Below, piece after piece: positions 26,012 through 39,602 of a stretch of 64,000 nucleotides of DNA. Under the pieces are notes generated by a model. That model made no database searches, was not told the origin of the DNA, and saw nothing but the letters and a program-made list of their open reading frames with translations. The stretch spans positions 98,022,001 to 98,086,000 of the forward strand of contig OX597816.1 of the NCBI GenBank assembly GCA_951406725.2, read 5' to 3'. How positions within the stretch are numbered: position 1 is the stretch's first letter; the number at the start of each line of letters is the position of its first letter. Position numbers and translations under genes: made by a program. The DNA comes from Octopus vulgaris (Eukaryota).

Positions 26012-27347
26012 GTGTGTGTGTATTTGGTAATAGGAGATGCATATGAATCATTTCTACATATATGTGCAGAGGAAATATTTATGTTGTTGTTTGTGTTATA
26101 ACCACTGCTATTGCTGTGCTTGTAACGGTCTAAGAGTTTCTAGCAACGATGGAGACGAAACTCTGCCCTTGCTACTTCTGCTATGAGACACCAGTCCCTG
26201 ATTTGGATGGTTTGGTCAATTATGTAGCACTTAGGCGCACGAATGGCAGAATAAGTTTAGTTGCAATCAAATTAAATTCAATATAGGTTAAATGCGAACA
26301 CATGCTAAAAGATATTAATACTTCTGCTCCCTCCGATATATATTATGGTTATCATGTTATCAATTTAAGTGAATAAAAATGATTGTATATAAAATCACAA
26401 AGACTGAATACATTCACAGTATACCAGTAAACAATATTCCACGCTAATGTTTGTGACTTATTGCGACAAATAAAAATAAATGTTTCCTAAAATATACACC
26501 ACGAAAAACACCCTTCCAAGAACCATTTACATATAACCACTGAAAATATCAATATCATGCATGTAAATGATTAAAAATTGGTCCATATATCTGTAAAAGA
26601 CAAATATGACAAAATTCAACCGTTGTTCGTCATCAGCGAAATTAGCATGTATAAGGTCTCTTGAGAGAGGTTTTACCTCACAGCTACAGCATAAATTGGG
26701 AATACTATAAATACTAGGTTGAAAAATGTTAAGCTAAAACGAGGCCAAGAAAATTCTCCACATGAACATTATCCAGAAAAAAATAGAAGTGAAAATGATA
26801 GATCACGTCTGAGAAGAGCGAAGCGTAATTATGAGGCTGGTGTTTGCTTGATTGAAACACATGATCTAAGAATTATTACTGTGCGTTCTTGTACGAGAGA
26901 GTTGTCTTCATACATTAAAAGCTATACTTAAGGACCGGCCCCAAACAGCGCAAATAAAATCACCTATATTAAATTAGCGAGGCCACCGTTAAAATATTGA
27001 ATAATATTATAAATTGCCACCAGTAAAGGACATGGTATCTAATGGGAGTAATAGTTTCGAAAACAATTGTGTGTTTCTGAAATGATTGTAGGTTTACATA
27101 CACAGGATGATTTATAAACCTACATTACTAGGATTGGAACAGAGGAAAATGAATCGGAATGGAGTGTGATATATCTTCTGCATTGATTAAAATGTATGAT
27201 GGCCAATATATAAACAAGAATCTATTACTTACAAATATGGTCTTCACAGAGAAAATATGACAGTGCATATGTTACGTAGAATACTTTAAATATAGGGAGC
27301 AACACTACAAAACGCTGTATATTACCAACGCCAACGAACACCGCCTT

Positions 27348-27464
<117 letters not shown>

Positions 27465-28496
27465 GTATACATACACATATGTGTGCGTGTATGTTTGTAT
27501 GTTTCGTGTGTGTGTATACGAACTGGGAACTGGCAGAAATAAAAATCCTGTGGAAGTGTGACCAATAAAATCAATTTATGAGTTCTATTAATCGAATTGT
27601 TCGTAACAATATACTGGACGTTACGAGCAAATGTAAACTACTACAATTTATGGCAAATCAATGAACGAATGAAACTGCAATAATACATGAATAAGAAAAA
27701 AAAACCGCATAGACTCAGCATGTACCAAACTAAGTGCGCACTACATAAATAGCATCTATAATAATGCGAATGTAAGGCAGCAAAATAACTTGATGGGCAC
27801 TATTGAATCTTCTTCAATTATATGCGTGTGGAGCAGTGTTACTGAGTTGAAGCTATATAATAATAGCACAAGTGCAGCGCGTGCTGTTTAAAAATAAGAG
27901 TTTAGACACGCCAGTAAACCATGCTAGACAGCTTTGACAAACGAGATCACTTTATACAATGTAGGTTGCTATACAAAAGATATGCCAGAGCGGGGGGTAA
28001 AGGGGCGAATGAAAAAAATAGGGTCATATATAGGCTACGTCTTTCATCATTTAAAGATATATTTACTTGTATCATATAAAAAAGAAAAAGTAAAAAAACA
28101 CAGATAAGAATGGACCATTTTGCGCCTTAATGAAAAAAACACGATTTCATAAACTAGATTCTATTTCTGTTGAACGCTTTTCGTTTACATCTTGCTGAGC
28201 CGAACTGCTTCTTTGCGTATTATTGCACTGTTGCTACCATGTATCGATTTGTCATAAATTGTGGTATTTCACTAATCTTTCGATAACGTTCAGTATGATC
28301 TGACCAGCAATTCGATTAATACAGCTCATAAATTGATTTTCTTATTCATTTTCTCTCATATTTTTTCCCTTGATTCTTCTAGTGTTCTGTGATTTCCACA
28401 TTTGTAAATATCATTATATCTCTCTTCAATTCTTTCTATAATTCTCTGTAGTCCTTCGCTCCACTGTTCTCTCTCCCTTTCCCTCTTCCTCTCTTA

Positions 28497-28581
<85 letters not shown>

Positions 28582-29609
28582 TTTTTATATACATACACAC
28601 ACGGCTCGTCTCACATATATATATCGACATAGATCCATATATGTAAATCTATATGCATATATATGCATATATATACACGCATTTATAAATATATATATCT
28701 GTGTGCATGTGTATGAATGCATGCATGTACGTACGTACGCATGTATGTATGTATGTATGTATGTATGTATGTATGTACGTATGTATGTATGTATGTATGT
28801 ATGTACGTATGTGCGTGTGTAAATAAATTACAGTACATTTGTCTCGCAATATGTGTCTGACTATTCTCGTGTGTACATAGAAGTTTAAATAAGTTAGTCT
28901 CCACATTTCTATGCCATTCGCTCTCTCTGTCTCTACCATTTTCAGATATCTATTGTTTTGCACCTAGTTGAGCAAACATTTTTACCTACAAGCACACACA
29001 CAAACGTTCAAGACTATAAGTTTGCAAACGCACACAAAGAGCCATAAACAGAGCCACACACATACACAGCCACACACAAACACACACACGCACACTCTTA
29101 TAGACATGCATGTGCATACACACAACACATATGTATGTGTATTAGTAATCATGATGATGATCATCATAATGGACATGATCATCATGATCATAATCATTTT
29201 CATATCCATCATCATGATAAGGCATTCACGCATCGACAAAAGCTGACTTTCTTTGGTTGCAAAAATATGTCATATTCCTGACAATAATGTGTCATTCATT
29301 ATCTACACCTTAGATCCGCTGTGATTGTTCTTTTTTGGACAAAGTTGGGGAGATTCTGGGTCAGCTAAGGAGAAAGGTCTTGCTTGAGGTGTAAGAAAAC
29401 AAAACAATAACAAAACAGCAAAGCAGCATGATATCGACAGCAGCAAGTCCATCCTCATAGTTAACATGAGAAGCAGTGGAGCATGGGTAGAATATTATGA
29501 TATAGGTTATGATTGACAGAGAAAAAATATAACTTAAATGAACTTACATTTTATACTCTGAGGACCTGTTAGTTAACCTAGTCAAAGTGGCAGGTGATCG
29601 ACAATTTTA

Positions 29610-30265
29610 TTATTATCTCTTTATCACAGGTTTTGTTGCAGCTTCTGGAGTCTTTCATGCGTAGCGGGCTTAATACCTGCAGCCTTTTCCTGATTATTCT
29701 GGCCGTGTCAAGGAGGCAAAGATTTTGTATCAAACCTACTAGGCACTCTATCCCAATTTCCTTTATATTCCTCTTGATACCTTTTTATACTGTTCCCAAG
29801 GACCCAAAAATAATTGGCACTAACTTCACCTTCTTCATTTTCTATAGCCGAACTATTTCGTACTTAAGAAGGTTGTATCAATCTATCTTTCCCTTTCTTT
29901 CTTGACTATTCTTGGGTGAAAGGGGCATGCAACATCAACTATATAACATATGTGGTGCACCTTGTCCACCACCACTAGGCCCAGTCTTTTATGTTCTAAC
30001 ACCTGATCTGTTTGCATTGGGAAAACTTAGAAGATTTTTGTAGTCTCTGACTCCGCCACTCTCTGTGGTTTGTGCTCATACCACGCTCATACATCTCTCT
30101 AGCCACCCCCTTTTCGCACAGTTTCTAATGTAGCACTTTCGCTACCTGGTCGTGTCGCAACACATTGTAGTGGTTCTGAGTAAGTCTAGGGCATTCGTTC
30201 GTGATATGGGGAATGGTTTCATCCACTCTATTGCAGGTGCGGCACATGGGGAGACACTGGCTCAT
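29610..30265 (-). mobile_element. Degenerate REL-LINE 3' fragment
   Basis: CRTCNRVDETIPHITNECP..RHDQVAKVLH, EHKPQ, TDQVLEHKR, IVDVACPF, VPIIFGSLG. Confidence 0.8.
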
Positions 30266-30292
30266 TTCTAAGGTTGACCCTCCAGTTCGTGC

Positions 30293-30509
30293 GCGGCAAG
30301 CTAGCAGAATCGATAGCAAGCCTGACAAGATGCTTAGCGCCGTTTCATCTGTCTTTATGTTCTGAGTTCAAATTCCGGCGTGGTCGACTTTGCCTGTCAT
30401 CCTTTCGGTGTCTATAAAATAATTATCAGTTGAAAACTAGTGTCGATGTCATCGACTAGTCCCAACTCTCAAAACTGCAGCCTCGTGATTTTAAGAAATG
30501 ATTATTATG

Positions 30510-30553
<44 letters not shown>

Positions 30554-30555
30554 CA

Positions 30556-30616
<61 letters not shown>

Positions 30617-30765
30617 GGCGGTGAGGTGAGAGAATCGTTAGCATAATGCTTAACGCCATTTCGTCCTTCTTTAGCTCTGATTTCAAATTCCGCCGGGGTA
30701 GGCTTTGTCTTTCATCCTTTCGGCGTCAATAAATTAAGTATTCGTGAATCACTGGGGTCGAGTAT
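30293..30765 (+). mobile_element. Two tandem tRNA-derived SINE copies separated by (ATT)n (30500-30616)
   Basis: Both contain gaatcg.tagca...tgcttag...ctga.ttcaaattcc...tcatcctttcgg.gtc.ataaa. Confidence 0.75.
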
Positions 30766-31394
30766 CAAAACAATGCGATTCACATTGACATTTTCTGTCT
30801 CATACATTTTCTTATTGAATGCTGATATGAAAATTTTGGATAAGGTTTTAGTAAGATATCCCATTTCCTTATGTGCTTCTCGGTGAGGCTCAAACATCCC
30901 CAAAAGACCTATCCATGACATCCTTCCCTTCGTGCAATACATCAAATAAGTGGCGGATAGTGAAACTGGTAAGTGCGGATAACCTCAATATATAGTCATA
31001 TGTTCGGTGATAATCTAAAATGGCTATCTACAGAAACATTGAACGCAACGCTTTTGATTCTTTACTGAGGAAATTAGATCCATGCCGCAATAAGTAAGAC
31101 GCCGTAGGTCCGTGTAGTCATGTGCGGATACCTCACTCGCAAAGTGGCGGAGACACAGTTAAGCAGGTGATCAGTGCTGTTGTAAATGACTACGGAGCGT
31201 TGACAGCAGCAACCATTTACCTGTTAAAAGTCAGTAGGCTTGCAGCACGGCAGTGAGAGAGACAGCATAGGAGGGAGCTGAACCTCAAACTGATAAGATT
31301 ACATGGCATATCATTTGGTTCAGAACCCCGGGCTGAGAGAACGTCGGATAGTGATCTTTCTCAAGAATTTTACATGGACCATTTCACCGATACG

Positions 31395-31527
31395 AATTTA
31401 TGTGTGAAAACATTAAAAATTAACATTCTATAAAACTTGTTTTTAAACATCAAATAGCAAATGGGTCCGCCAGAATAAAATAGCAATCAAAAGGGTCAAC
31501 AGACAAACAAATGTTTGAGAACCCCTG
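31395..31527. mobile_element. Single hAT-like terminus
   Basis: Ends in ttgagaacccctg, which is CAGGGGTTCTCAA on the - strand, a typical hAT/Charlie TIR. No partner TIR found. Confidence 0.45.
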
Positions 31528-32519
31528 CATTAGATGAAAGGAAGATAGATGAGACAATTCACTTACCTTATTGTTGAGAGACAGTATAGCTTTGCGATAT
31601 CTCTATGAATAGCTTCGGAGGCCTCCTGAAGTTTAAAATACTATTCATTATTTGAAATTTACGTTTTATTTTTACACTCTTTTTTATGTAACCTGCATCG
31701 CCGCCAATACTTTTGTTTTCTCTTAATAATTAGCATAACTACTAGTCAAATACTAGGGTCAATGTAATCAATCTGCTCCCAGGCGCCAAATTTTCTGGCC
31801 TTGTACATATAACTGAAAAGATTATTTGAATTATTGTTGCTACTTTTATTGATGTTGTTTTGTTGTTATTCTCAGTTGGTGACATGTCGTACATGACTTT
31901 AAAAAGAAAATTGATGTTTTATAATTTTGAAGAGTTTTGCATTCAGAAGCGAAAATATTCTTCCTGGGTGTCCTCTATTCAAGGAGAACATATATTTTCC
32001 ATTTGAAAAGACGTTTTTATTTGTTAAATTACCATTAGAGAAAAATAGTCTGTAAACATGGTGCTTATGGAGGTGACTGTATATATAAGAGTCTCGCTTA
32101 TAAATAGCAACAAAATACATATATCCCCAAACCGATTTGGGAAATGGATTAAACTAATATTCAACAGCTCCCACAGATACATATGTAAAAAGAGAAACTT
32201 GCACTTTGATACATGCGTGTAGAAATATACAAGGTAATAACAGCTTAACTAGCGTGACAACAGACAAAGAATTTCTTGTCATAGGTCAGCTCGAAAAAAA
32301 ATCTTGGTTGGGTTACGTGAGAATTAGAATGCTTTCTTGCTCAAGGAATTAATCCAGGTTTAAGTGTGACAGTATTGATTCTCGTAAAACAAAATGGACG
32401 TGGTTTCTACATATCTACCAAAAACAAAGAAGTTTGGATGACTTTTGTGGTTGTAGGACTACGTCTGTTTAATTTACAAGAGTAGGGCCTACTGAGATCT
32501 GATCGCTATGACTATTTAG

Positions 32520-32693
32520 TTCTATATTTAAAAGATGAGGAATTATGTACGTTATTTTCATTATTTACATTTTTCCTCATCTTGTTTGTCTTTAACACAA
32601 CGTTTCGGCTGATATATCCTCCAGCTTTTATCAGCTGTCTCATTCTGGGTTCTCATTCCTAAGGTATTTTTTATGTTGGTGATGTTGTTGTTG

Positions 32694-32760
<67 letters not shown>

Positions 32761-33600
32761 ACTGGAATCAAACTCGGAATCCCGAGGTTATTAGCCCTCG
32801 CTCTTAACCATTCAGCCTTGCCCGTGGGCAATTATAGAGTGAATTTTAGGGCTTATAAATCTAATATTTTCCTATCATTCCTTATGCTATTCATATCAGC
32901 ACTCGGTCTGCTTAGGAGGTTGCTGTGTCCTAGCATATGTACTGCTTCATTTAGTTTTCGTATTTTCCAGCGGTGCTCTCTGTGTAATATTTTAAATTCA
33001 TCCCACAGGGGAGGTGGTCTCTATTTTTCCATACATAATCAGCAATACCCGATTTATCAATATCTCCTCGTGTCACAGCTTTGCGATGTTCCTCTAACCC
33101 TATTTTGAGGGCACGCATGTTTCGCCTTTGTATAATCTACTACAGCTGCTTGGAATGGAGTACACATATTCTCTTGTATTGGTGGTTTTACTCGATTGAG
33201 ATATTTGCGAAATGTTGTATTATTCTTGGATACGTCCTGATGTCATATGGGCCGCATATCTTTTGTATTTTCTCGGAGAAGCCTTTCACACAGTGTAGAC
33301 AGACTGTGGACAATTTATTGGTTTCATCCTTCTTTTCTTCATAATTGGAGTGGATAGTGTGTTTTGGTGATAGATGTTGCTTAATAGATTGTTACTGAGC
33401 TCGATCATTTCTTCGTGGTGGGTATCACGATCGCTACTTATATTCTTTGCTCGATATTTTAGGCACTGAGCAGTCCCTTTCTTTACACTGTATGGATGGT
33501 GAGAACTGAAGGTGAGGTATCCTCCAGTGAAGGTCGGCTTGCGGTATACGGATGTCCTGAATCCATATTTGGTGCGTGTTATTAATACGCACCAAATACA
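32520..33600 (-). mobile_element. 5'-truncated Penelope-like element: RT thumb, GIY-YIG endonuclease relic and 3' terminal repeat
   Basis: VYRKPTFTGGYLTFSSHHPYSVKKG (RT C-terminus); YVYSIPSSCSRLYKGET..LEEH (GIY-YIG, about 33085-33170); then tRNA-like 32762-32820, (AAT)n 32698-32758 and hammerhead 32594-32640. Confidence 0.85.
32594..32640 (-). ncRNA. Degenerate hammerhead ribozyme (same family as 3370-3415)
   Basis: AGACAG-CUGAUAA-aaGCUG..CAGCC-GAAACGUU-GUGUU; core G8 changed to A. Confidence 0.6.
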
Positions 33601-33882
33601 GATACCCTCCTTACTCACCTGCGACTTTTTTGTTCCTCCGAAGGAAAAAAGGATTTAAATGAAAATGTTTGGCAGATGTAGAGGAGGTGCAGAAAAAAAG
33701 ACAGAGGCGTTAAAAAGTTTCACTTAGAAAGAGTTCCAGGACTGATTCGAACAATGCAAAACGCTTCTGGGCCAATGCATTGCTTCAAATGAAGAATACT
33801 TTGAAATTGAAAACAGTGTAAACATGTAATTCTAAGAGAATAAAATATTTCAAAATTCCAGTTTCTTTTGGCTACCGGCTCG

Positions 33883-33884
<2 letters not shown>
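33601..33884 (+). mobile_element. 3' remnant of a mariner element
   Basis: PPYSP..CDFF..., ADVEEV, EFQD.FEQ, CIASN.EYFE-like frames. Ends ...ggctcg|TA in a (TATG)n tract. Confidence 0.7.
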
Positions 33885-33914
<30 letters not shown>

Positions 33915-34451
33915 TGTATGTATGTATGTATGTATGTATGTATGTATGTATGTATGTCGGTATGTATGTATTTATACAATTTTGGTGTTCACTCTCGATC
34001 GCTAGATTTTGTGTTTGCTTCACAAAATTGGTGGCGGATTGTGTTCTTGATTAAAACGCGTGTTTTGACATTGCTCAAGTTCCCCTTTTGATGAAGGGGG
34101 ACTATTGTCGTGTTCGCCTGGCCAGCGTGGTGACGTCATTCGAAGGCAAAAAAGATGCAAAGCTCATTATGATCAGTGATGTATAAAGATAGCTGATATT
34201 CTATATATATAAATTAGAAAAAAAGCACCTTTTATCAATTCAATAATGAAAAATTAAATTATAGCATTTAGAAAAATTACATCTTATGGAAAGATTAAAT
34301 ATAAGATAAAACATATAACAATGATTAGGTAATGTGCAAAATAATATATAAAACGTTTATGTATATATATATATATATATATATATACGGCGGGAACTTA
34401 GTTGCCAACCTCATATATATCTATACATATATATATATATATAAATATATA

Positions 34452-35704
34452 TTAGGTTGGCAACTAAGTTCCCACCGTTTTAAATTTAAATTCTTTAAAA
34501 GGTTTAATAAAAAGTAAGAACTAATTAATCAATAATATATCCACCCTTGTTGTTTACAACTTCTTCCCAGCGTTCAACAAGATTTTCGATACCTCGTTCG
34601 AAGAAATCACCCGATTTCGACTCGAAAAATTGATCCAACTAAGCTCTCAGTTCTGCATCAGTATTGAGCGAAACTCCGGGCATAGTATTTGAAAGAGATC
34701 GAAAGATGCTGAAATCCGTTGGTACCAAATCAGGAGAGTACGGCAGGTGTGGCAGCACTTCCCAGCCATGTTTTGGAATGGCTTCTTTGGTTACATTGTT
34801 AATATGAAGGCGGGCTTTGCTCTGCAGCAGAACTACATACTGACGATTAGGTCTTTTCTCTTGAATGGCCGTGTTGTGTCTTTCCATCTGTTGAACATAG
34901 AGTTCCACGTTGACCATTTGGTTCCTTTCAAGCAATTCGTAATCTCTTCCCAGTCCCACCATACGCACAACATCGTTTCACGCGGATGTAGATCTTGTTT
35001 CACACGCGGTGTCGCTTGTTTACTGGGGCTACGCCATTCCTTACGCTGCTTCATATAGATGTACAGGCACCATTTTTCGTCGCCATTAATGATTCGGTAA
35101 AGAAATCGTTGCTTGTGCCCGTGAGTTGAGCGGCGACGAGCAAGCAAACCAGTGGAGATTGTGTCTCGTTGATTTTTGTTGTTGTCACTTAAAGCATACG
35201 GAACCCATGTTTCATACTTCTGAACCTTTCCCATCGAGTGAATTTGCTTCTCTATAGCATCCATTTTGTCTGCCAGTTCCCTTGTCGTTTGGCGAGAATT
35301 TTCCTGCAAAAGTTGGTTTAATCGCTGTTCATCGAACTCAACTGGCCGGCCAGAACGAGGTTCATTTTTTTAGGTAAAAATTTCCATTTTTGAACTTGAT
35401 GTACTAATCATGAGCGGTTCTTTCAGCTATGTCACCCTCTCCATACATAGTACAAATGTTTCGAGCAGCTTTTACCGCCTTAGAAACTTGATTAAAAGCA
35501 AAAAGAAGGTGTCGAAAATCTTGTCTTGACATTCCATTTTAATGATCTGAAAATAAACAAAAATTAACTAAAATTAACTAGAAAAAAACCCCAAAATGAT
35601 TCAAAAATAGAATTCTTGAAAAAAAACAAAATAGATTCCAGAATTTCGAAACGCAATAAATTCCAACATTTGAAAAAACGACGGGAACCTAGTTGACAAC
35701 CCAA
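34452..35704 (-). mobile_element. Full-length defective mariner transposon
   Basis: TIRs TTAGGTTGGCAACTAAGTTCCC / GGGAACCTAGTTGACAACCCAA with TA flanks. Transposase relics WVPYAL, IINGDEKWCLY, MLCVWWD, PYSPDLVPTDF. Confidence 0.92.
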
Positions 35705-35826
35705 TATATATGTTGTTGAGTGTGGATTTAATGTATGATTTCTTACTGTATGAATTGGAGCTCTACGTATAACTGAGTTTCATCGGAACTAATAATTTAT
35801 ACTATCTTTTCTCTTAGTTTTCCAAA

Positions 35827-35869
<43 letters not shown>

Positions 35870-36303
35870 AGTTTGGGGGAACTTCATTTACATGATGCCT
35901 GTGTTACATCCTATACCTTTTACAGTCTTCACAAAGCAATGACCAGAGGTCATAATGTCGGCATGTTGTCACTATGTGAATAATCATTATATAGACAACT
36001 CTTTTCCAATACTCAGATAGATTCCAGTTCTCCATTTCAGCTAACATTTTCTCAACTATAACTTTAATCTTAATGCTCTCAAACGGCGTTGACTGTTCAC
36101 CAGTACATCAAACTGTCGCTGAAAGAAAAAAAATGATAAAACAGAAAAGTCGTCAAATTTAACCCGAACCTTCTATGTGTGTGTGTATATGTGTGTATGG
36201 TATTTGTGTGTAGGTGTTTTTGCATATATATGCGTATGGGCATGCATGTTCCTAGGGATCTGTACGTGCAAGTAAGAGTCTGGATGTGTGCATGTGCGTG
36301 TCT

Positions 36304-36352
<49 letters not shown>

Positions 36353-37739
36353 TCTGTCAATGTATGTGTGTGCTTCTAAGCAGTGTAATCGGCTGCCGAA
36401 AAGTAATGCTCTTGTAACGAAGTACACCAAATTATTGATGTCACCTGAAAAGGACTGAAGCTGGATGGGTCGATTTAAAACCTAAAAACAACGACGTTAT
36501 TGTTCACAAACTGCGAAACAAATTGGATAAATATAAATAACTAAATAACAATTACGTTATAATATTCTGAACCGTATTTAGTTCATTCAATTAGAAGTAC
36601 TTTAAGTTGTTTTAACGAAGTTATATGAATATAATAGTCATGTAATTTTATATAATATGTTGGTCATTTTTGTCTCTTTTTGGCTTCATAAGTACTTTGC
36701 TTAGTACAAATAATCTATTTTCAATAAATACGAGCCAGCGATTCTTGGCCGGCTTGGTTGGCTGTGAAATTATTGATTTTGTTAGATGGCCAGATACAAT
36801 GGAATGTTCTCCAAAATTCACAACCTGTTTGTTACTACAAGTTAAGATATGCTTCACAAAAGGTAATAATATAATAATTGTTTGTAAAAGAAATAAATTA
36901 TGTTATAAGCATTCGTATAATTAGAACAACTCACCCTAGTGACGAAAGTGGCTTTTATATATATCTGATACAATTAGTTTTCTCTTTCTTTTGGACTTAG
37001 TAATTTTGGGAGCCCATAATAGAGATTTGGCAATCATGCCTGAGCTATAAAACGAAAAACTTTTAAAGTTTACTTTCTGATCATAACCTTTCCTCTCTGA
37101 AAGTATTTATCAATCCGTCTCTAACGCTGTCGTTCTTTAGCCTTATGATATTATATAATGTTTCTGTGAGTGTATGTAGCTACCTCTGTCTACGTATCGA
37201 TGTGTACATATATGCATGTATGTATGTATGTATGTATGTATGTATGTATGTATGTATGTATGTATCACCCTCCTACCCACTTTCCTTTTCTTTCTCTCTC
37301 CCTCTCTCAGCCTACACACGCACACGCACACATACACACACACACATTTTATGATCCAATATCCTTAAGAGGTCAATTAAGTCTTGTTTTCGTTCATGTT
37401 ATATAGGTTTGTTATGTGTCTAGTAGCAATGCGCATGGATAATTTTAACTTGGCAATAGCTAAACATTGGAAAGCGTACCACTGTGGTTAAGCCGCAGAA
37501 GTGAACACAAATCAGGTTAGTACCATTATTTATTTAATTCAAATTTGGATTAGATCTCAGAAATTACAGAAAGTGAACATTGAATAAATGTCGCTGGATA
37601 TTGCTTTTTATTAATAAAATATCACGTACATACATACATACGTACATATTTACATACATACATAGCATACATACAAACATATTTATCGAATAATCTCTCT
37701 GCTACCCTCGCTCTCAACCTATCCAACTCTCTCTCTCGT

Positions 37740-38010
37740 GACAGAGTTGTAAGAAGTTTGTGTCCTAATCACATGGCTCCGCGTTCAATCCCGCTACAGG
37801 CTACATGACACCTTGGGTGCATTTCTTCTACTTATAGCCTGGGGCCGACCATAGCCTTGTGAGGGATTTGCTAAATGGATACTGAAAGAAGTCTGTCGTA
37901 TATGTGTCTCTTTCTGTCCCCCCCTGCCGCCGCTTGGCAATCAGCGTTGGTGTGTTAACGTCCAGATAACTTAGATGTTCGGCCAAAGTTACTGGTACGT
38001 AAAAAGATAT
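37740..38010 (+). mobile_element. Degenerate tRNA-derived SINE
   Basis: cacatggctccgcgttcaatcccgct...gccttgtgagggatttg...tggtgtgttaacgtcc; same family as 11053-11438. Confidence 0.65.
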
Positions 38011-38231
38011 CAACACAAGTTATCAAACGATGGTGTGGGATAAACAGAGATACAAAGTCATGCACACATAGATCTAACTCTCCAGAAACCGACTGAAGAG
38101 GAAATCTGCAGCGAATGGTCCGTGTATCTTGTTTCTGTTCTGCTTGTCTTTTCTTATGTTTATATCTATATTCCGTATGTTGTGTTTTGTTTGATTTCCT
38201 TTTATTATTTACTTTTTGCCATATATATATC

Positions 38232-38376
<145 letters not shown>

Positions 38377-38377
38377 T

Positions 38378-38600
38378 GGGATTCTTTCAGTTTCCGTCTA
38401 CGAAATCCATTCAAAGTCTGTGGTCGGCCTGAGGCTATAGTTGCCCAAGCTACCATGCAATGAGAATGGACCATGGACTATATAGTTGGGAAGCAAGCCT
38501 CTTATCACACAGCCACGCCTGCTTGCTTATGTGTATATACTCTTCTACTCTTTTACTCGTTTCAGCCATTCGTCTGCAGTCATACTGGAGCACCACCGTG
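38378..38600 (-). mobile_element. SINE fragments
   Basis: ttctttcagtttccgtctac...ggtcggcctgaggctata...cacacagccacgcctgc, plus the tail tactcttttactcgtttcagcca. Confidence 0.7.
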
Positions 38601-38639
38601 GTCTTTCTGATTTCCTTAGTCAGTGGAGTTTCACATGAT

Positions 38640-39450
38640 CACTCCTGTATGTGCATTTGTCCCAACTGATGGCCCATTTGGTACATAAGGGAGTTTTGAT
38701 TCCGCTTCCCTCGCCTGCACCTCATGTGAGTCTGTTGGTTTATCGGGTATTGTTGAGAGGAGGATGTCTAATTCCTTTTTGAAGACATACTTTCACCTTG
38801 TGCAGATTTCTTAATTTTTGTGGTAGGGCATTGAAGAGCTGGGGCCCTTTCAACCCGAGACTGTTACAGAACCAGAACCAAGCCTTGAATTTAGATGGAG
38901 TAGTACCTAATCCTAACTTTGGTACAACATAATGGCGGCTATTTCTGGTATTTGTATAACACTCAATGCCAAAATTTGGTACTAGGCCTTATAGAGTTTC
39001 CCCTATGTAGACTATTAAATATCTGTCGCACTTTCGCTCCAGGGAATAAAGTTGCAGTTTTCTCAGTCTATCCCTGGAACACATCCAATGCACTGTTTCA
39101 ATCTTTTTAGTGTAGTGGCGTTACACTTTTCAAGCTCCGCTGCTAGCTTAGCACTATATGGTGACCATAACTGGGAGCAGTAGTCCAGGCGTCTGAGAGA
39201 AAAGGTTCTTCACAGAGTCAACATAGTTTCTTGGCCTCTTTATTTGAAGGACTTCAGTATCCATCATACCGGTTGTCTGCTGAATCTCTGTAATATGCAT
39301 ATAAAATGATGCGTCATTGCACATACTGATCACCACCTGTGACTTTGGGATTGTAGTGACTTCGAGTCCTGTATATGTAGGCAGTAGTGCATTCATGAGT
39401 TGATACTGCAATGCTTGAAATTTTCTAGCAGTAAACTGCATGATTTTTTT
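38640..39450 (-). mobile_element. Degenerate CR1/L2-like LINE 3' region
   Basis: Minus-strand frames include KFQALQY and FCNSLGLKGPQLFNALP, typical of the RT C-terminal region of APE-type LINEs. Confidence 0.65.
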
Positions 39451-39556
39451 TTATTTCGCCGTACTTAAATAAAACACACGCATTATATATATTTTTTGTT
39501 TCTTCACACCTTTATTACTGATATTTTATTATTTTTATTATTTTGACGCTTGTCTA

Positions 39557-39602
39557 TTGTCCGGAAATCTTTCGTCACACACCTGTGACCTCTTCAGCGA
39601 CA
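39557..39602 (-). ncRNA. Hammerhead ribozyme motif (partly degenerate)
   Basis: UGUCg-CUGAAGA-g-GUCACA-ggug-UGUGAC-GAAA-gauuu-cc-gGACAA. Confidence 0.65.

Noticed and set aside
38088-38125. Hammerhead at ccgaCTGAAGAggaaatc
   Set aside because: No stem II closure or GAAA/UH in register; at most a deleted relic of a PLE end.
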